A stretch of DNA of 64,000 nucleotides, taken from positions 753-64,752 of the forward strand of contig CAZZCF010000008.1 in NCBI GenBank assembly GCA_964652955.1, read 5' to 3'. Every line of letters begins with the position of its first letter. The first letter of the stretch is position 1. The position numbers and the translations under genes were made by a program. The notes under the pieces were generated by a model. It worked only from the letters and a program-made list of their open reading frames with translations. It was not told where the DNA came from and searched no databases. This DNA comes from an uncultured Leptospirales bacterium. Its GTDB lineage: Bacteria > Spirochaetota > UBA4802 > JAKQUI01. Below are positions 19,673 through 29,281 of this stretch, one piece after another.

Positions 19673-20140
19673 ATGGATGCAAAGAAGATTGCTGACCTTC
19701 TTGGAGATTGCGATATCTTTGGTGAGCTCACAAGAAAGGATGTTGAGAAGATAGCGCGCCTTGGGCATGTCGAGTCGTACAAAGCGGGTGAGCAGATATT
19801 CAGTCAGGGAGATCATTGCAAGGATTTCTGGGTAATTACCGAGGGCAATGTTTATCTTGAGCGGGCGATAGACCTCGGTGGACGGAAGGGGAAGGCGACC
19901 ATATGCATTCTGGGAAAGGGGAGGGCCCTGGGGTGTTGGTCATCGCTCCTCGGTCAGAGTCATAATCTCCTGTCATCCGCTATCTGTCAGAAGCCGACCA
20001 CGCTTGTTGTGATAAATGGACATGAGCTTCGCAAGATAATGGTCGAAGATCATGAGCTGGGATTCAGTATAATGCAGGAACTGTGTGTGCTGCTCGTTGA
20101 CAGAATAAAGTGTGCCTATGGTGCTATGGAGAACATCTGA
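19673..20140 (+). CDS. Stand-alone cyclic nucleotide-binding (Crp N-terminal-like) protein
   Basis: IFGEL...V.KIA, QIFSQGD...FWVITEG.V, G.ALGCWSSLL; no HTH domain. Confidence 0.85.
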   Translation: MDAKKIADLLGDCDIFGELTRKDVEKIARLGHVESYKAGEQIFSQGDHCKDFWVITEGNVYLERAIDLGGRKGKATICILGKGRALGCWSSLLGQSHNLLSSAICQKPTTLVVINGHELRKIMVEDHELGFSIMQELCVLLVDRIKCAYGAMENI

Positions 20141-20409
20141 TACTGCATGGTACACGCACAACTCCTCTCCGTATCTACGCTTCTCACGCTCTGGTGAAAT
20201 GCAATAACAGCAGTAAGCCCATGGTGAATCGGGCAGGATGATTTCGAAAAAGCTCTAATCATTTTGAACGGAGTTATGTGCTCAGGACGGATATTGAAAG
20301 GTGAAATGCAAATGGGCAGGATAATTCGGGCAAACGAGAATGCTTATCGGATAATATTTTCTTGACAAATATGAGTACTAAAATGGAATAGGAAAAGGAT
20401 CGATTATGG

Positions 20410-20465
20410 GTGACGAGCAACGATTGACGGGCGACGAGTTGCAAGTTACGAGTTACCGGTCACGT
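20410..20465. repeat. Degenerate heptamer tandem repeat (8 units)
   Basis: gtgacga gcaacga ttgacgg gcgacga gttgcaa gttacga gttaccg gtcacgt. Confidence 0.7.
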
Positions 20466-20577
20466 ATTATAAAATCACTGCTCACTCTTAACTTTTCACC
20501 ATATCATCATTATCCTGTTATGGAACATAATACTGTTCCGTTATCAACTGCAACTGTGCTTGAATGGGATTTTTTAG

Positions 20578-21123
20578 ATGGACCAGAATGATATTGAACA
20601 GCAAGAACAGGCGATGGTTGAGGCAATTGCCTCAAAGCTCGATGAATTTGATAAGGAACGGGCCAGTCTCATACCGATACTGCAATGGATTCAATTTACC
20701 TACTCCTATCTTGATCCGAGGGCCATTGTGATGGTCGCTGATCATCTTGATATCAACGCCTGTGAGGTATACGGTGTTGCGACCTTCTATAATCAGTTTC
20801 GCTTTCATCCACCGGGGAAACATCAGATAAAGGTTTGTCTCGGGACCGCCTGTCATGTCAAGGGGGGAGATATCATTCTGGAGAATTTCGAGCGCAAGCT
20901 GGAGATCAAAGCAGGAGAGACAACTCCTGATCGGGAATTCAGTATCGATAAAGTCGCCTGTGTCGGGTGCTGTGCTCTTGCGCCGGTCGCAATCGTCGAT
21001 GATGAAGTTCACGCCTATGTTGCCCCGAGCAAGATAGAAGGGATTTTTCTCGGTTTCGAGCTTGAAAAGGAGAAGCAGCAGAGGGAAGAAGAAAAACAGA
21101 ATAAGGAAGAGCACGTTGATTGA
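20578..21123 (+). CDS. NuoE/HydC/HoxE-like [2Fe-2S] subunit
   Basis: LIPILQ.IQ..Y.YL, VYGVATFYNQFR..PPGKHQIKVCLGTACHVKGG, ACVGCCALAP. Confidence 0.92.
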   Translation: MDQNDIEQQEQAMVEAIASKLDEFDKERASLIPILQWIQFTYSYLDPRAIVMVADHLDINACEVYGVATFYNQFRFHPPGKHQIKVCLGTACHVKGGDIILENFERKLEIKAGETTPDREFSIDKVACVGCCALAPVAIVDDEVHAYVAPSKIEGIFLGFELEKEKQQREEEKQNKEEHVD

Positions 21124-23095
21124 TATAGACATAAAGGCAGTCGAACAGAAATATACCGCACTCAAAGATGAGGCAGAGAAGCGGTTAAGTGAGTGGGATG
21201 ATGGTACTCCTCGATTCCATGTTGGCATGGCAACCTGCGGCAGAGCAGCAGGTGCTCTGGAGACTGTCGCCGCTCTTGAAGAGACGCTCAAGGAACGGAA
21301 TATTAATGCGCGTATCGTACCCGTTGGATGCATCGGTCACTGTTATGCTGAACCCCTCGTTATTGCGCATAACCCCGGATTTCCGCCCATAGCCTATTAC
21401 GAGGTTACCCCGGGCAAGGCCCGGCTGCTGGTAAAATCGTTTCTCGAACGTGGCGATCCGCTCTTTGAATACGTTCTTGGCGCTATGGAACAGAACGATA
21501 TGGTCCCTTCGGTGATGGAATTCCCCCGCTTTAATCTCGAAAAGCGGATCGTCATGAAGGAGTGCGGTCTCATTGATCCGGGTGATATCTATCAGTATAT
21601 TGCCCGTGATGGCTACGCGGCGCTCGTCAAGGCGCTGTCCATGAAACGGGAGGATATCGTCGACGAGATTATCGACTCGGGGCTCAGGGGAAGAGGGGGC
21701 GCCGGATTTCCCACCGGCATGAAGTGGGAATTCGCAATGCACGCCAGTGAAGAGGATCGATATGTGATATGTAATGCGGATGAGGGTGATCCCGGCGCCT
21801 ATATGGACAGGACGATTATCGAGAGTAATCCTCATCAACTCCTTGAGGGTATCGCTATCGCTGCCTATACGGTGGGAGCGGAGAAGGCGATTATTTATGT
21901 CAGATCGGAATATCCCCTTGCCGTGGAGATCGTGCAAAAGGCGATTGAGCAGGCTGTCAGCGTTGATCTTCTCGGTACCGGTGTGCTGGGATCACCGTTC
22001 AATCTTGAGATTTCTGTTTTTCAGGGGTCCGGTGCTTTTGTATGCGGCGAGGAGACAGCCATGATTCAGTCTATTGAGGGGAAGCGGGGTATGCCTCAGC
22101 ATCGGCCCCCCTTTCCGGCTTCCAGCGGCCTGTATAATAAACCGACCGTTATCGACAACGTGAAGACGCTCTCCACGGTTCCATTCATCCTGCGAAGCGG
22201 TAGTGCCGCCTATAAAGAGGTGGGGACCACGAGCAGCCCGGGTACTGCCATATTCTCGGTGGTGGGGAACGTCGTCCATGCCGGGCTCGTTGAGATTCCC
22301 ATGGGTGTGACCATCGGTTCCCTTATATTCGATGTCTGCGGGGGTATCCCCAATAGAAAGAAGTTCAAAGCGGTTCAGATTGGCGGTCCCTCGGGTGGCT
22401 GTCTGCCGGAGAGCTTTCTCGATACACCCATCGATTTTGATTCGCTCACCAAGGCGGGAGCGATGATGGGCTCTGGCGGAATGGTTGTTATGGATGAGGA
22501 TTCCTGTATGGTTGATGTTGCGAGGTATTTCCTGGAGTTTACCCAGAATGAATCCTGTGGGAAGTGCACCTTCTGTCGCATCGGTACCAAGCATCTTCTC
22601 GAGATATTGACACGCCTCACGGAGGGAGAGGGGCGGGAAGGGGACCTCGAAATCCTGGAAACGCTGAGCGAGGATATCAAACGGGGCTCACTCTGTGGTC
22701 TGGGAAAGACAGCGCCGAATCCGGTTCTGACATCATTGAAGTACTTTCGTGATGAATACGAAGCGCATCTTTATGAGAAGCGCTGCCCGGCACTGAAATG
22801 TCGACATCTTATCGCCTTCTATATCGATCTCGACAAGTGTTCGCGGGGTTGTGATGCCTGTGTCGGGAGTTGTCCTGTTGAGGCGATATTCACTACCAAG
22901 GATCGGAAAAAAGCAATTGACCAGACCCTGTGCGTAAAATGTGGAGAGTGCGTGACCGCCTGTCCACCTGAATATGATGCAGTCAGGAAAGTATCACCTC
23001 CGGAACTTGCACCGATTATTGAACGACCGGAAAAGCCCGAAGGTAATGGAAAGGAAGAATCGTCGGATGGCTCAGAAGATAACGCTGCACGTTGA
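21116..23095 (+). CDS. Long NuoF/HydB-like FMN/NADH-binding subunit
   Basis: N-terminal thioredoxin-like Fe-S region (GMATCG...GCIGHCYAEP), SGLRGRGGAGFPTG, NADEGDPGAYMDR, GAFVCGEETA, ESCGKCTFCRIG, and C-terminal 2x[4Fe-4S] (CSRGCDACVGSCP, CVKCGECVTACP). TTG start overlaps the nuoE-like stop. Confidence 0.92.
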   Translation: MIDIDIKAVEQKYTALKDEAEKRLSEWDDGTPRFHVGMATCGRAAGALETVAALEETLKERNINARIVPVGCIGHCYAEPLVIAHNPGFPPIAYYEVTPGKARLLVKSFLERGDPLFEYVLGAMEQNDMVPSVMEFPRFNLEKRIVMKECGLIDPGDIYQYIARDGYAALVKALSMKREDIVDEIIDSGLRGRGGAGFPTGMKWEFAMHASEEDRYVICNADEGDPGAYMDRTIIESNPHQLLEGIAIAAYTVGAEKAIIYVRSEYPLAVEIVQKAIEQAVSVDLLGTGVLGSPFNLEISVFQGSGAFVCGEETAMIQSIEGKRGMPQHRPPFPASSGLYNKPTVIDNVKTLSTVPFILRSGSAAYKEVGTTSSPGTAIFSVVGNVVHAGLVEIPMGVTIGSLIFDVCGGIPNRKKFKAVQIGGPSGGCLPESFLDTPIDFDSLTKAGAMMGSGGMVVMDEDSCMVDVARYFLEFTQNESCGKCTFCRIGTKHLLEILTRLTEGEGREGDLEILETLSEDIKRGSLCGLGKTAPNPVLTSLKYFRDEYEAHLYEKRCPALKCRHLIAFYIDLDKCSRGCDACVGSCPVEAIFTTKDRKKAIDQTLCVKCGECVTACPPEYDAVRKVSPPELAPIIERPEKPEGNGKEESSDGSEDNAAR

Positions 23096-23714
23096 TGATC
23101 GGGAGATTGAAGCGGAAGAGGGGACAATACTTCTCCAGGTATGCCTTGATAATGATATCTATATACCCAATCTCTGTTATCTCAAGGAGCGAAAGAAAGC
23201 TGCTGCTTCCTGTCGACTCTGTTTTGTGGAAATTGGCGGGGAGAATAAGCCGGTAACGTCCTGCACCACCAGAGTTCGCGAAGGTATGACGGTGCGAACT
23301 GATACCCCGGAAATCAGAGCATTACAGAAAACGGCATTCGAGCTGCTCATGAGCACTCATAATGTCGACTGTAAGAACTGCCCTGCCAATAAGCGGTGTG
23401 AGTTGCAGAAAATAGCGAAGTTTCTCCATACCGGTTTGAAACCGAAGCGGATCGAAAAACTCGAGCGGGAAATACCGGTCGAGGAGCATCCCTTTTTGCA
23501 ATATTTTCCCGATAAATGCGTTCTCTGTGGCAGATGTATCGACATCTGCGAGCGAGTGCAGGGACGCCCCTACCTCACCTTTGCCCGACGGGGATTTAAT
23601 ATGTTCGTAAGCTTCTATGGCGAGGAGAGCCCGGATGATCTCCCCTGTGGGAGCTGTTATCAGTGTGTGGAGATATGCCCCGTCGCTGCTCTTCGTAAAA
23701 GAGATATGAACTAG
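23067..23714 (+). CDS. NuoG/HydA N-terminal-like (HoxU-like) Fe-S subunit lacking a catalytic domain
   Basis: [2Fe-2S] IP.LC...SCRLC...SC, HNVDCKNCPANKRC (HxxxCxxCx5C), CVLCGRCIDIC, CGSCYQCVEICP; the stop follows immediately. Confidence 0.9.
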   Translation: MAQKITLHVDDREIEAEEGTILLQVCLDNDIYIPNLCYLKERKKAAASCRLCFVEIGGENKPVTSCTTRVREGMTVRTDTPEIRALQKTAFELLMSTHNVDCKNCPANKRCELQKIAKFLHTGLKPKRIEKLEREIPVEEHPFLQYFPDKCVLCGRCIDICERVQGRPYLTFARRGFNMFVSFYGEESPDDLPCGSCYQCVEICPVAALRKRDMN

Positions 23715-23953
23715 CTCATTCGGGTAAATTTATTTTTTCGTAAAAAAATTTGTTGACCGGTAACCCATTTTTTTTAATGTGGCTCAAGAACCGTAATAAT
23801 ATTTTCATATTTAAATATTTAAAAGAAAGGAGTAGCGATAAATATCTGAACCTGGTTGAATAGCGGTTCAAACGATACATATTGTGTCATATCGTCGGAT
23901 ATTTGTCCCCTGGAAAGGGAAATTACAATCAAACGAAGTCAAGGAGGTAGTAA

Positions 23954-25720
23954 ATGGCACAACTTGATCCAACCAAGTATGCTGACTGGCAGATTGCAGC
24001 GGAAGCAGAGAAGAATATGCCGCTCCCTGAAGAGTGGCGTGACAAGTTAGGACTGGAAAAAGACGAAGTCATTACCTACGGAAGAATTTGCAAATTGGAT
24101 TTTTTGAAGATCATCGACCGTCTGAAGAAAAAGGCCGATGGCAAATACATAGAGGTTACCGCTATCACTCCGACTCCGTTGGGAGAGGGGAAAACGACAA
24201 CCTCTATGGGTCTCATTGAAGGAATGGGGAAGAGAGGAAAGAACGTCGGCGGAGCAATTCGCCAGCCCTCGGGCGGGCCCACCATGAATATCAAAGGAAC
24301 GGCTGCCGGCGGGGGAAATGCGCTCCTTATCCCCATGACGGAGTTCTCCATGGGTCTGACGGGTGATATTAACGATATCACCAATGCTCACAATCTTGCC
24401 CTGGTGGCGCTCACTGCCCGGCTCCAGCACGAATTCAATTATGATGATGAAGAGATGAAGAAGCGGGATCTCGGACCTCGTCTGAATATTGACCCGCGCC
24501 GCGTCGAGATGCTCTGGGCAATCGATTTCTGTGCCCAGGCATTGCGGAGGATAATTATCGGTCTCGGCGGCAAGATGGACGGTTTGATGATGCAATCGGG
24601 ATTCCAGATCACGGTAAGCTCCGAGCTCATGGCTATTCTCGCCATTGCCCGCGATCTCAAGGACCTGCGTGAGCGAATCGGCAAGGTAACGGTAGCATAC
24701 AGCAAGAAGGGTGACCCGGTTACCGCCGAGGAGCTGGGAGTTGCCGGTGCCATGACCGCCTGGATGAGAAATACCATCAATCCGACGCTGGCATGCACGG
24801 TTGAATATCAGCCCTGTATGGTACACGCCGGTCCCTTTGCAAACATTGCTGTAGGACAGTCTTCCATCATCGCCGATCGTGTCGGTCTTAAGATGTTTGA
24901 CTATCATATCACCGAAAGCGGTTTCGGCGCTGATATCGGTTTCGAGAAGTTCTGGAACGTGAAGTCACGGCTCAGCCAGCTCGCACCGAACGTTTCGGTT
25001 ATTACGGCGACCGTCAGGGCGCTGAAGATGCACGGCGGCGGCCCGACCGTCTCACCGGGACGACCGCTCCCCGATGAGTACACCAAGGAGAACCTCCAGC
25101 TCCTGGAAAAAGGAGTAGAGAATCTCCTTCACCATATCAAGATTGTACAGAAATCGGGCATCAAGCCGGTTGTCTGTATCAATGCCTTCCACACCGATAC
25201 CAAGGACGAAATCGCCCTGGTGCGCCGCTTTGTTGAGGAAGCGGGAGCGCGCTGCGCGCTCAGCGAGCACTGGTTAAAGGGAGGCGATGGAGCTCTTGAG
25301 TTGACCGACGCGGTTATCGATGCATGCGAGGAGAAGGTTGATTTCAAATTTCTCTACGATCTGAGCCTGCCGCTGCGACAGCGCGTGGAGACTATTGCGA
25401 AAGAGGTTTATGGCGCCGATGGAGTGAACTGGACTCCCGAAGCGGAGGAAAAGGCGAAGCGTTTTGAATCAGACCCGAAGTATAAGAACTTCTACACCAT
25501 GATGGTGAAGACGCATCTCAGCCTGACCCATGATCCTACCATCAAGGGTGTCCCGACGGGTTGGAAGCTTCCCGTGCGCGACATACTCCTTTTCTCAGGT
25601 GCAGAGTTCCTCTGCCCCATGACCGGAACGATAAGCCTGATGCCGGGTACCTCATCACTGCCGGCTTTTAAGAAGGTTGATGTGGACACGGGTAACGGCG
25701 AGGTAACCGGATTGTTTTAA
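23954..25720 (+). CDS. fhs: Formate--tetrahydrofolate ligase
   Basis: [84 protein letters not shown]. Confidence 0.96.
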   Translation: MAQLDPTKYADWQIAAEAEKNMPLPEEWRDKLGLEKDEVITYGRICKLDFLKIIDRLKKKADGKYIEVTAITPTPLGEGKTTTSMGLIEGMGKRGKNVGGAIRQPSGGPTMNIKGTAAGGGNALLIPMTEFSMGLTGDINDITNAHNLALVALTARLQHEFNYDDEEMKKRDLGPRLNIDPRRVEMLWAIDFCAQALRRIIIGLGGKMDGLMMQSGFQITVSSELMAILAIARDLKDLRERIGKVTVAYSKKGDPVTAEELGVAGAMTAWMRNTINPTLACTVEYQPCMVHAGPFANIAVGQSSIIADRVGLKMFDYHITESGFGADIGFEKFWNVKSRLSQLAPNVSVITATVRALKMHGGGPTVSPGRPLPDEYTKENLQLLEKGVENLLHHIKIVQKSGIKPVVCINAFHTDTKDEIALVRRFVEEAGARCALSEHWLKGGDGALELTDAVIDACEEKVDFKFLYDLSLPLRQRVETIAKEVYGADGVNWTPEAEEKAKRFESDPKYKNFYTMMVKTHLSLTHDPTIKGVPTGWKLPVRDILLFSGAEFLCPMTGTISLMPGTSSLPAFKKVDVDTGNGEVTGLF

Positions 25721-25764
25721 CGCGAGGATGATTGTTCTCGCCTTTGTGATGCTATTTGTCAGCG

Positions 25765-25797
25765 CTCCGGGCGAGAGAGTGTCTCTCTCGCCCGGAG
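25765..25797. repeat. Perfect 15-bp hairpin downstream of fhs
   Basis: ctccgggcgagagag-tgt-ctctctcgcccggag; no U-tract. Confidence 0.85.
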
Positions 25798-25831
25798 ACT
25801 GTCATCTATCTCGGGTAACTCGACGGAGAGA

Positions 25832-26152
25832 ATGTATATGTCACTTTTTGAGAGAAGCGTGAGATTCTTCCCGGGCAGCAGAACCGGAGTTTGTGCGGGG
25901 GAGGGGAATCTCCTGCGCGCTGCTGAGAGCGCAGGAGAGAATATCGCCCTCCTCGACTGTGCCCTGCGTGAGTATTTCCCCTACCGGCAGTGGGAAGAAT
26001 CCGCTTCCGGAAATCCGATGAATCTCGTACGCCTTCCCTGTTTTGAAAAGCAATTATCCTTTATCTCAATGTGCTCACCGGTGCATGAAGATGTTATATC
26101 GTGCTCTGCCGGTAATAACACAATAAAGCTGGACCAGGAGATCGTTCAATGA
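25832..26152 (+). pseudogene. Probable relic of an AcsV/RACE (ASKHA-domain corrinoid activator) N-terminal ferredoxin domain
   Basis: SVRFFPGSRTGVCAGEGNLLRAAESAGENI resembles the V.F.P...GENL.RAA..AGV.I start of AcsV-type proteins, but the CGGxGxCGKC motif and the rest of the protein are absent. RBS GGAGAG; the stop overlaps the cooC ATG. Confidence 0.45.
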
Positions 26153-26904
26153 CTCGTATTATTGCAGTTGCTGGAAAGGGAGGAACCGGTAAGACAACCG
26201 TTTCATCGTTGATAATACGCTCACTGGTAAAGCGTGGCGAAACTCCCATTCTCGCTATTGATGCTGATCCCAACTCAAATCTTGCGGAATCTATCGGTCT
26301 TAACGTGCAGGATACTATCGGAAGCATGCTCGCCGATTTTCTTCGCACGCGGGCGGCGATCCCGCAGGGGATGACCAGACAGTCCTTTCTGGAGCTCAAG
26401 CTGCATCAGATTCTGAAAGAGGGAAGGGATATCGATATGCTTGCCATGGGGTGTCCCGAGGGACCCGGATGTTATTGTTCGGTTAATGCTCTGTTGAAGA
26501 GCTATTTCGAGGATCTCTCGAAGAACTATAAGAATGTTGTGGTTGACAATGAAGCCGGTATGGAGCATTTTAGCAGAAAGACCGCGAATGAGATAGATGT
26601 ACTCATATTCGTTTCAAACTATACGATGAAGGGGCTCAGGACGATTGAGACAATCTCTTCCATGATAGAAGAGCTGAAAATCGATGTTCGGGAGCAATAC
26701 CTTCTGGTGAGCAAAACGCCTGAGGATCTCAACGGTGAATTCATGAAGAGAATAGAAGAAATGCAGATCCCGTACCTCGGGAACATCGTAAGTGATTCGC
26801 GTATTGAAGAGTCGGACATAAGCGGCACACCGCTTATTGAGCTTCCGGATGATTCGGTTGCGGTACAGAGCATTGATTCAATGATGAACAGGATTTTACA
26901 CTGA
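26149..26904 (+). CDS. cooC: CODH/ACS nickel-insertion ATPase (CooC/AcsF)
   Basis: GKGGTGKTT, IDADPNSNL, GPGCYC, VDNEAGMEH.SR. Confidence 0.92.
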   Translation: MTRIIAVAGKGGTGKTTVSSLIIRSLVKRGETPILAIDADPNSNLAESIGLNVQDTIGSMLADFLRTRAAIPQGMTRQSFLELKLHQILKEGRDIDMLAMGCPEGPGCYCSVNALLKSYFEDLSKNYKNVVVDNEAGMEHFSRKTANEIDVLIFVSNYTMKGLRTIETISSMIEELKIDVREQYLLVSKTPEDLNGEFMKRIEEMQIPYLGNIVSDSRIEESDISGTPLIELPDDSVAVQSIDSMMNRILH

Positions 26905-26970
26905 TTGTTTTTATTCTCATGTTAATGTGTTGGTTTTCATGCTGAAATAATTAACCAAAGGGAGGAACGT

Positions 26971-27864
26971 ATGGCTGCAAAGATTATCAGCGGGACTGAA
27001 GTGGCCAAAGAGATACGAGAAGAGCTCAAGGCCGAAGTTGATAAGCTCAAGAAGGAGCACAATGTTGAACCGGGGCTCGTTACTATTCTGGTTGGGGAAA
27101 ATCCCGCCTCAGTTAGCTACGTCACAGCGAAGCAGAAAACATCCAAGGAGCTCGGCTTTAATTCGATTCAGGACAATCAGCCTGAAGACATATCCGAGGA
27201 GGATCTGCTCAAGCTGATTGATAAATACAACAAGGATCCGAAGATACACGGTATTCTGGTTCAGCTGCCGCTTCCGAAGCATATCAATGAGAACAAGGTT
27301 CTCTATGCAATTGATCCTGATAAGGACGTTGATGGTTTCCATCCGGTGAATGTTGGCCGGTTGATGATCGGTGAAGCACGCTTTTATCCCTGTACGCCTT
27401 ATGGAATACAGCAGCTGCTCATACGATCCGGTACGAAGATGGAAGGAGCTGAGGTTGTTGTCGTTGGAAGGAGCAATATTGTCGGCAAGCCCATTGCGAT
27501 GATGCTCATTCAGAAGAAGGAAGGGGCAAATTCGACCGTTACCATCTGCCATACGAGAACGAAGGACATGAAGGCACATACCCTCAAAGCCGATGTTCTC
27601 ATCGTCGCGGCAGGGGCGCCGAAGGCGGTCACAGCCGATATGGTGAAGGAGGGTGCAGTCGTCATCGATGTGGGTGTTAACCGCGTCGGCAAGACCCCCG
27701 AGGGGAAAGCGATTCTCGAGGGCGATGTTGATTTCGATGCGGTTAAGGAGAAGGCCAGTGCCATAACCCCCGTTCCCGGCGGTGTTGGCCCCATGACGAT
27801 AACAATGTTGATGTTGAATACCGTCAGGGCTGCGAAGATGGCCGCAGGTATTGAGGTTGATTAA
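26971..27864 (+). CDS. folD: Methylene-THF dehydrogenase/cyclohydrolase
   Basis: PASVSYV..K, GILVQLPLP, KDVDGFHP.NVG, PCTP.G, GRSNIVGKP, DVGVNR, PVPGGVGPMT. Confidence 0.97.
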   Translation: MAAKIISGTEVAKEIREELKAEVDKLKKEHNVEPGLVTILVGENPASVSYVTAKQKTSKELGFNSIQDNQPEDISEEDLLKLIDKYNKDPKIHGILVQLPLPKHINENKVLYAIDPDKDVDGFHPVNVGRLMIGEARFYPCTPYGIQQLLIRSGTKMEGAEVVVVGRSNIVGKPIAMMLIQKKEGANSTVTICHTRTKDMKAHTLKADVLIVAAGAPKAVTADMVKEGAVVIDVGVNRVGKTPEGKAILEGDVDFDAVKEKASAITPVPGGVGPMTITMLMLNTVRAAKMAAGIEVD

Positions 27865-28054
27865 GCGTTCCGGATGCCCGGATGCGATAGAAGGGTTCAG
27901 TTAATCAATGAATTGTTTGACAGTGTTGACATACGCTCCGGCTTCCAGAAATCTGTTTGAATGGAGAGAAGCCTGGCGGCGGGAAGCACTGCAAATTTTA
28001 CATATTAGGTAGTCTACGTCTTCTGATAAAAAATGTTTAGGGGGTAAAGATACT

Positions 28055-28273
28055 ATGGAATATACGTTCGTTGAAAAGAAGGATTTTATGGGTAAGACAG
28101 TTAAGGTCCTTGATGCAACCTATGAGCCGGGAGAACCCGAGATAATGGGCGTCGGAGAGGATCTCGGCTGGAGAAAGCACAATGTTGGAAAGGACGCTAT
28201 GTTGAAGTATTTAAAAAGCGCTCAGCGGTACTGGTACAGTGAAGATTGGTACGGAAGCGAGAAGAAAAGGTAG
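28055..28273 (+). CDS. Small hypothetical protein (72 aa) directly upstream of acsD
   Basis: Compact ORF in an intergenic gap, co-directional, with codon usage like its neighbours; Trp/Tyr-rich C-terminus AQRYWYSEDWYGSE. Confidence 0.75.
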   Translation: MEYTFVEKKDFMGKTVKVLDATYEPGEPEIMGVGEDLGWRKHNVGKDAMLKYLKSAQRYWYSEDWYGSEKKR

Positions 28274-28312
28274 TATTCATTTATTGTAAAATGTGACAAG
28301 GAGGAAAGGTAC

Positions 28313-29260
28313 ATGGCATTTGAAATACCGAAGATTGATTATACGGGGAAGATACGGGATATTACGCTGGGGAAAGGCGACAAGGCAGTAACGGTCGGCG
28401 GTGCGACCTGCTATCCCTTTCATCTCTTTGAGGGTGAGATGCCTCATCTTCCCAAGATCGCAATGGAGGTTTACGACTACGAGCCTGATGACTGGGCTGA
28501 AGCGGCTGTTGAGCCTTTCAAGGATGTAATCGGTGATCCGGCCGCCTGGGCGAAAAAGAACGTCGAAGAATACGGTGCCGAGCTCATTGCACTGCAGCTT
28601 CGGAGCATCGATCCCAACGGATTGAACCGTTCGGCCCAGGAAGCAGCAGATATCGCAAAGAGCGTTATTGAAGCCGTTGATGTTCCCGTCATACTCTGGG
28701 GCGTTGCCAATCACGAGAAGGACACCGAGGTTCTCCGGCTCATCGCAGAGCAGTGCGAGGGGATGAGCCTTGTTCTGGGGCCCGTCGAGGAGGGAGATTA
28801 CAAGCAGATAGGTGCCGGTGCGATTGCCTACAAGCATACGGTTATTGCATCAACGCCTATTGATATCAACCTTGCAAAGCAGCTGAATATTCTTCTCGAT
28901 AATCTCGGGGTTCCGGCAAACCAGATCATCGTTGATCCCACAACCGGAGCGCTCGGCTATGGCCTGGAGTATACCTATTCCGTTATGGAGAGGGACCGAA
29001 TGGCCGCACTTACTCAGGAGGATGTGAAGCTTCAGTATCCGATCATCTGTAATGTCGGTTACGAGGCATGGAAGATGAAAGAAGCGAAGATCAAGGAAGA
29101 GGATGAGCCGATTCTGGGAAATGCGAAGGATCGAGCGATTATCATAGAGTGCATAACCGCAATGAGTCTTCTCCTTGCGGGTGCTGATGTGCTCATCATG
29201 AGACATCCCGAATCGATTGAGCTGATAAGAAAGATGATCACCGGTCTTACGACTGATTAA
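28313..29260 (+). CDS. acsD: Corrinoid Fe-S protein small subunit
   Basis: TVGG....PFHLFEG.MP, PIDINLAKQLNILL, DPTTGALGYGLEYTYSVMER.R.AAL; RBS AGGAGG. Confidence 0.95.
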   Translation: MAFEIPKIDYTGKIRDITLGKGDKAVTVGGATCYPFHLFEGEMPHLPKIAMEVYDYEPDDWAEAAVEPFKDVIGDPAAWAKKNVEEYGAELIALQLRSIDPNGLNRSAQEAADIAKSVIEAVDVPVILWGVANHEKDTEVLRLIAEQCEGMSLVLGPVEEGDYKQIGAGAIAYKHTVIASTPIDINLAKQLNILLDNLGVPANQIIVDPTTGALGYGLEYTYSVMERDRMAALTQEDVKLQYPIICNVGYEAWKMKEAKIKEEDEPILGNAKDRAIIIECITAMSLLLAGADVLIMRHPESIELIRKMITGLTTD

Positions 29261-29281
29261 TTATTTAAAGGAGGATTTTAA

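Noticed and set aside
23715-23953. ZTP or THF riboswitch before fhs
   Set aside because: AT-rich promoter-like DNA with no recognisable aptamer motif. A weak TTGACC-16-TAATGT promoter is possible but was not called.
24047-24907. Long antisense ORFs (also 21185-21937, 29261-30076, 31298-32170, 54052-55584 and similar)
   Set aside because: They lie opposite well-supported genes and are the shadows expected from biased codon usage.
27931-28020. Possible cobalamin riboswitch upstream of the acsD block (cgggaag, cactg)
   Set aside because: The motifs are in the wrong order, and the conserved GGGAA..GGTG and CCCGC.ACTGT core elements are absent.
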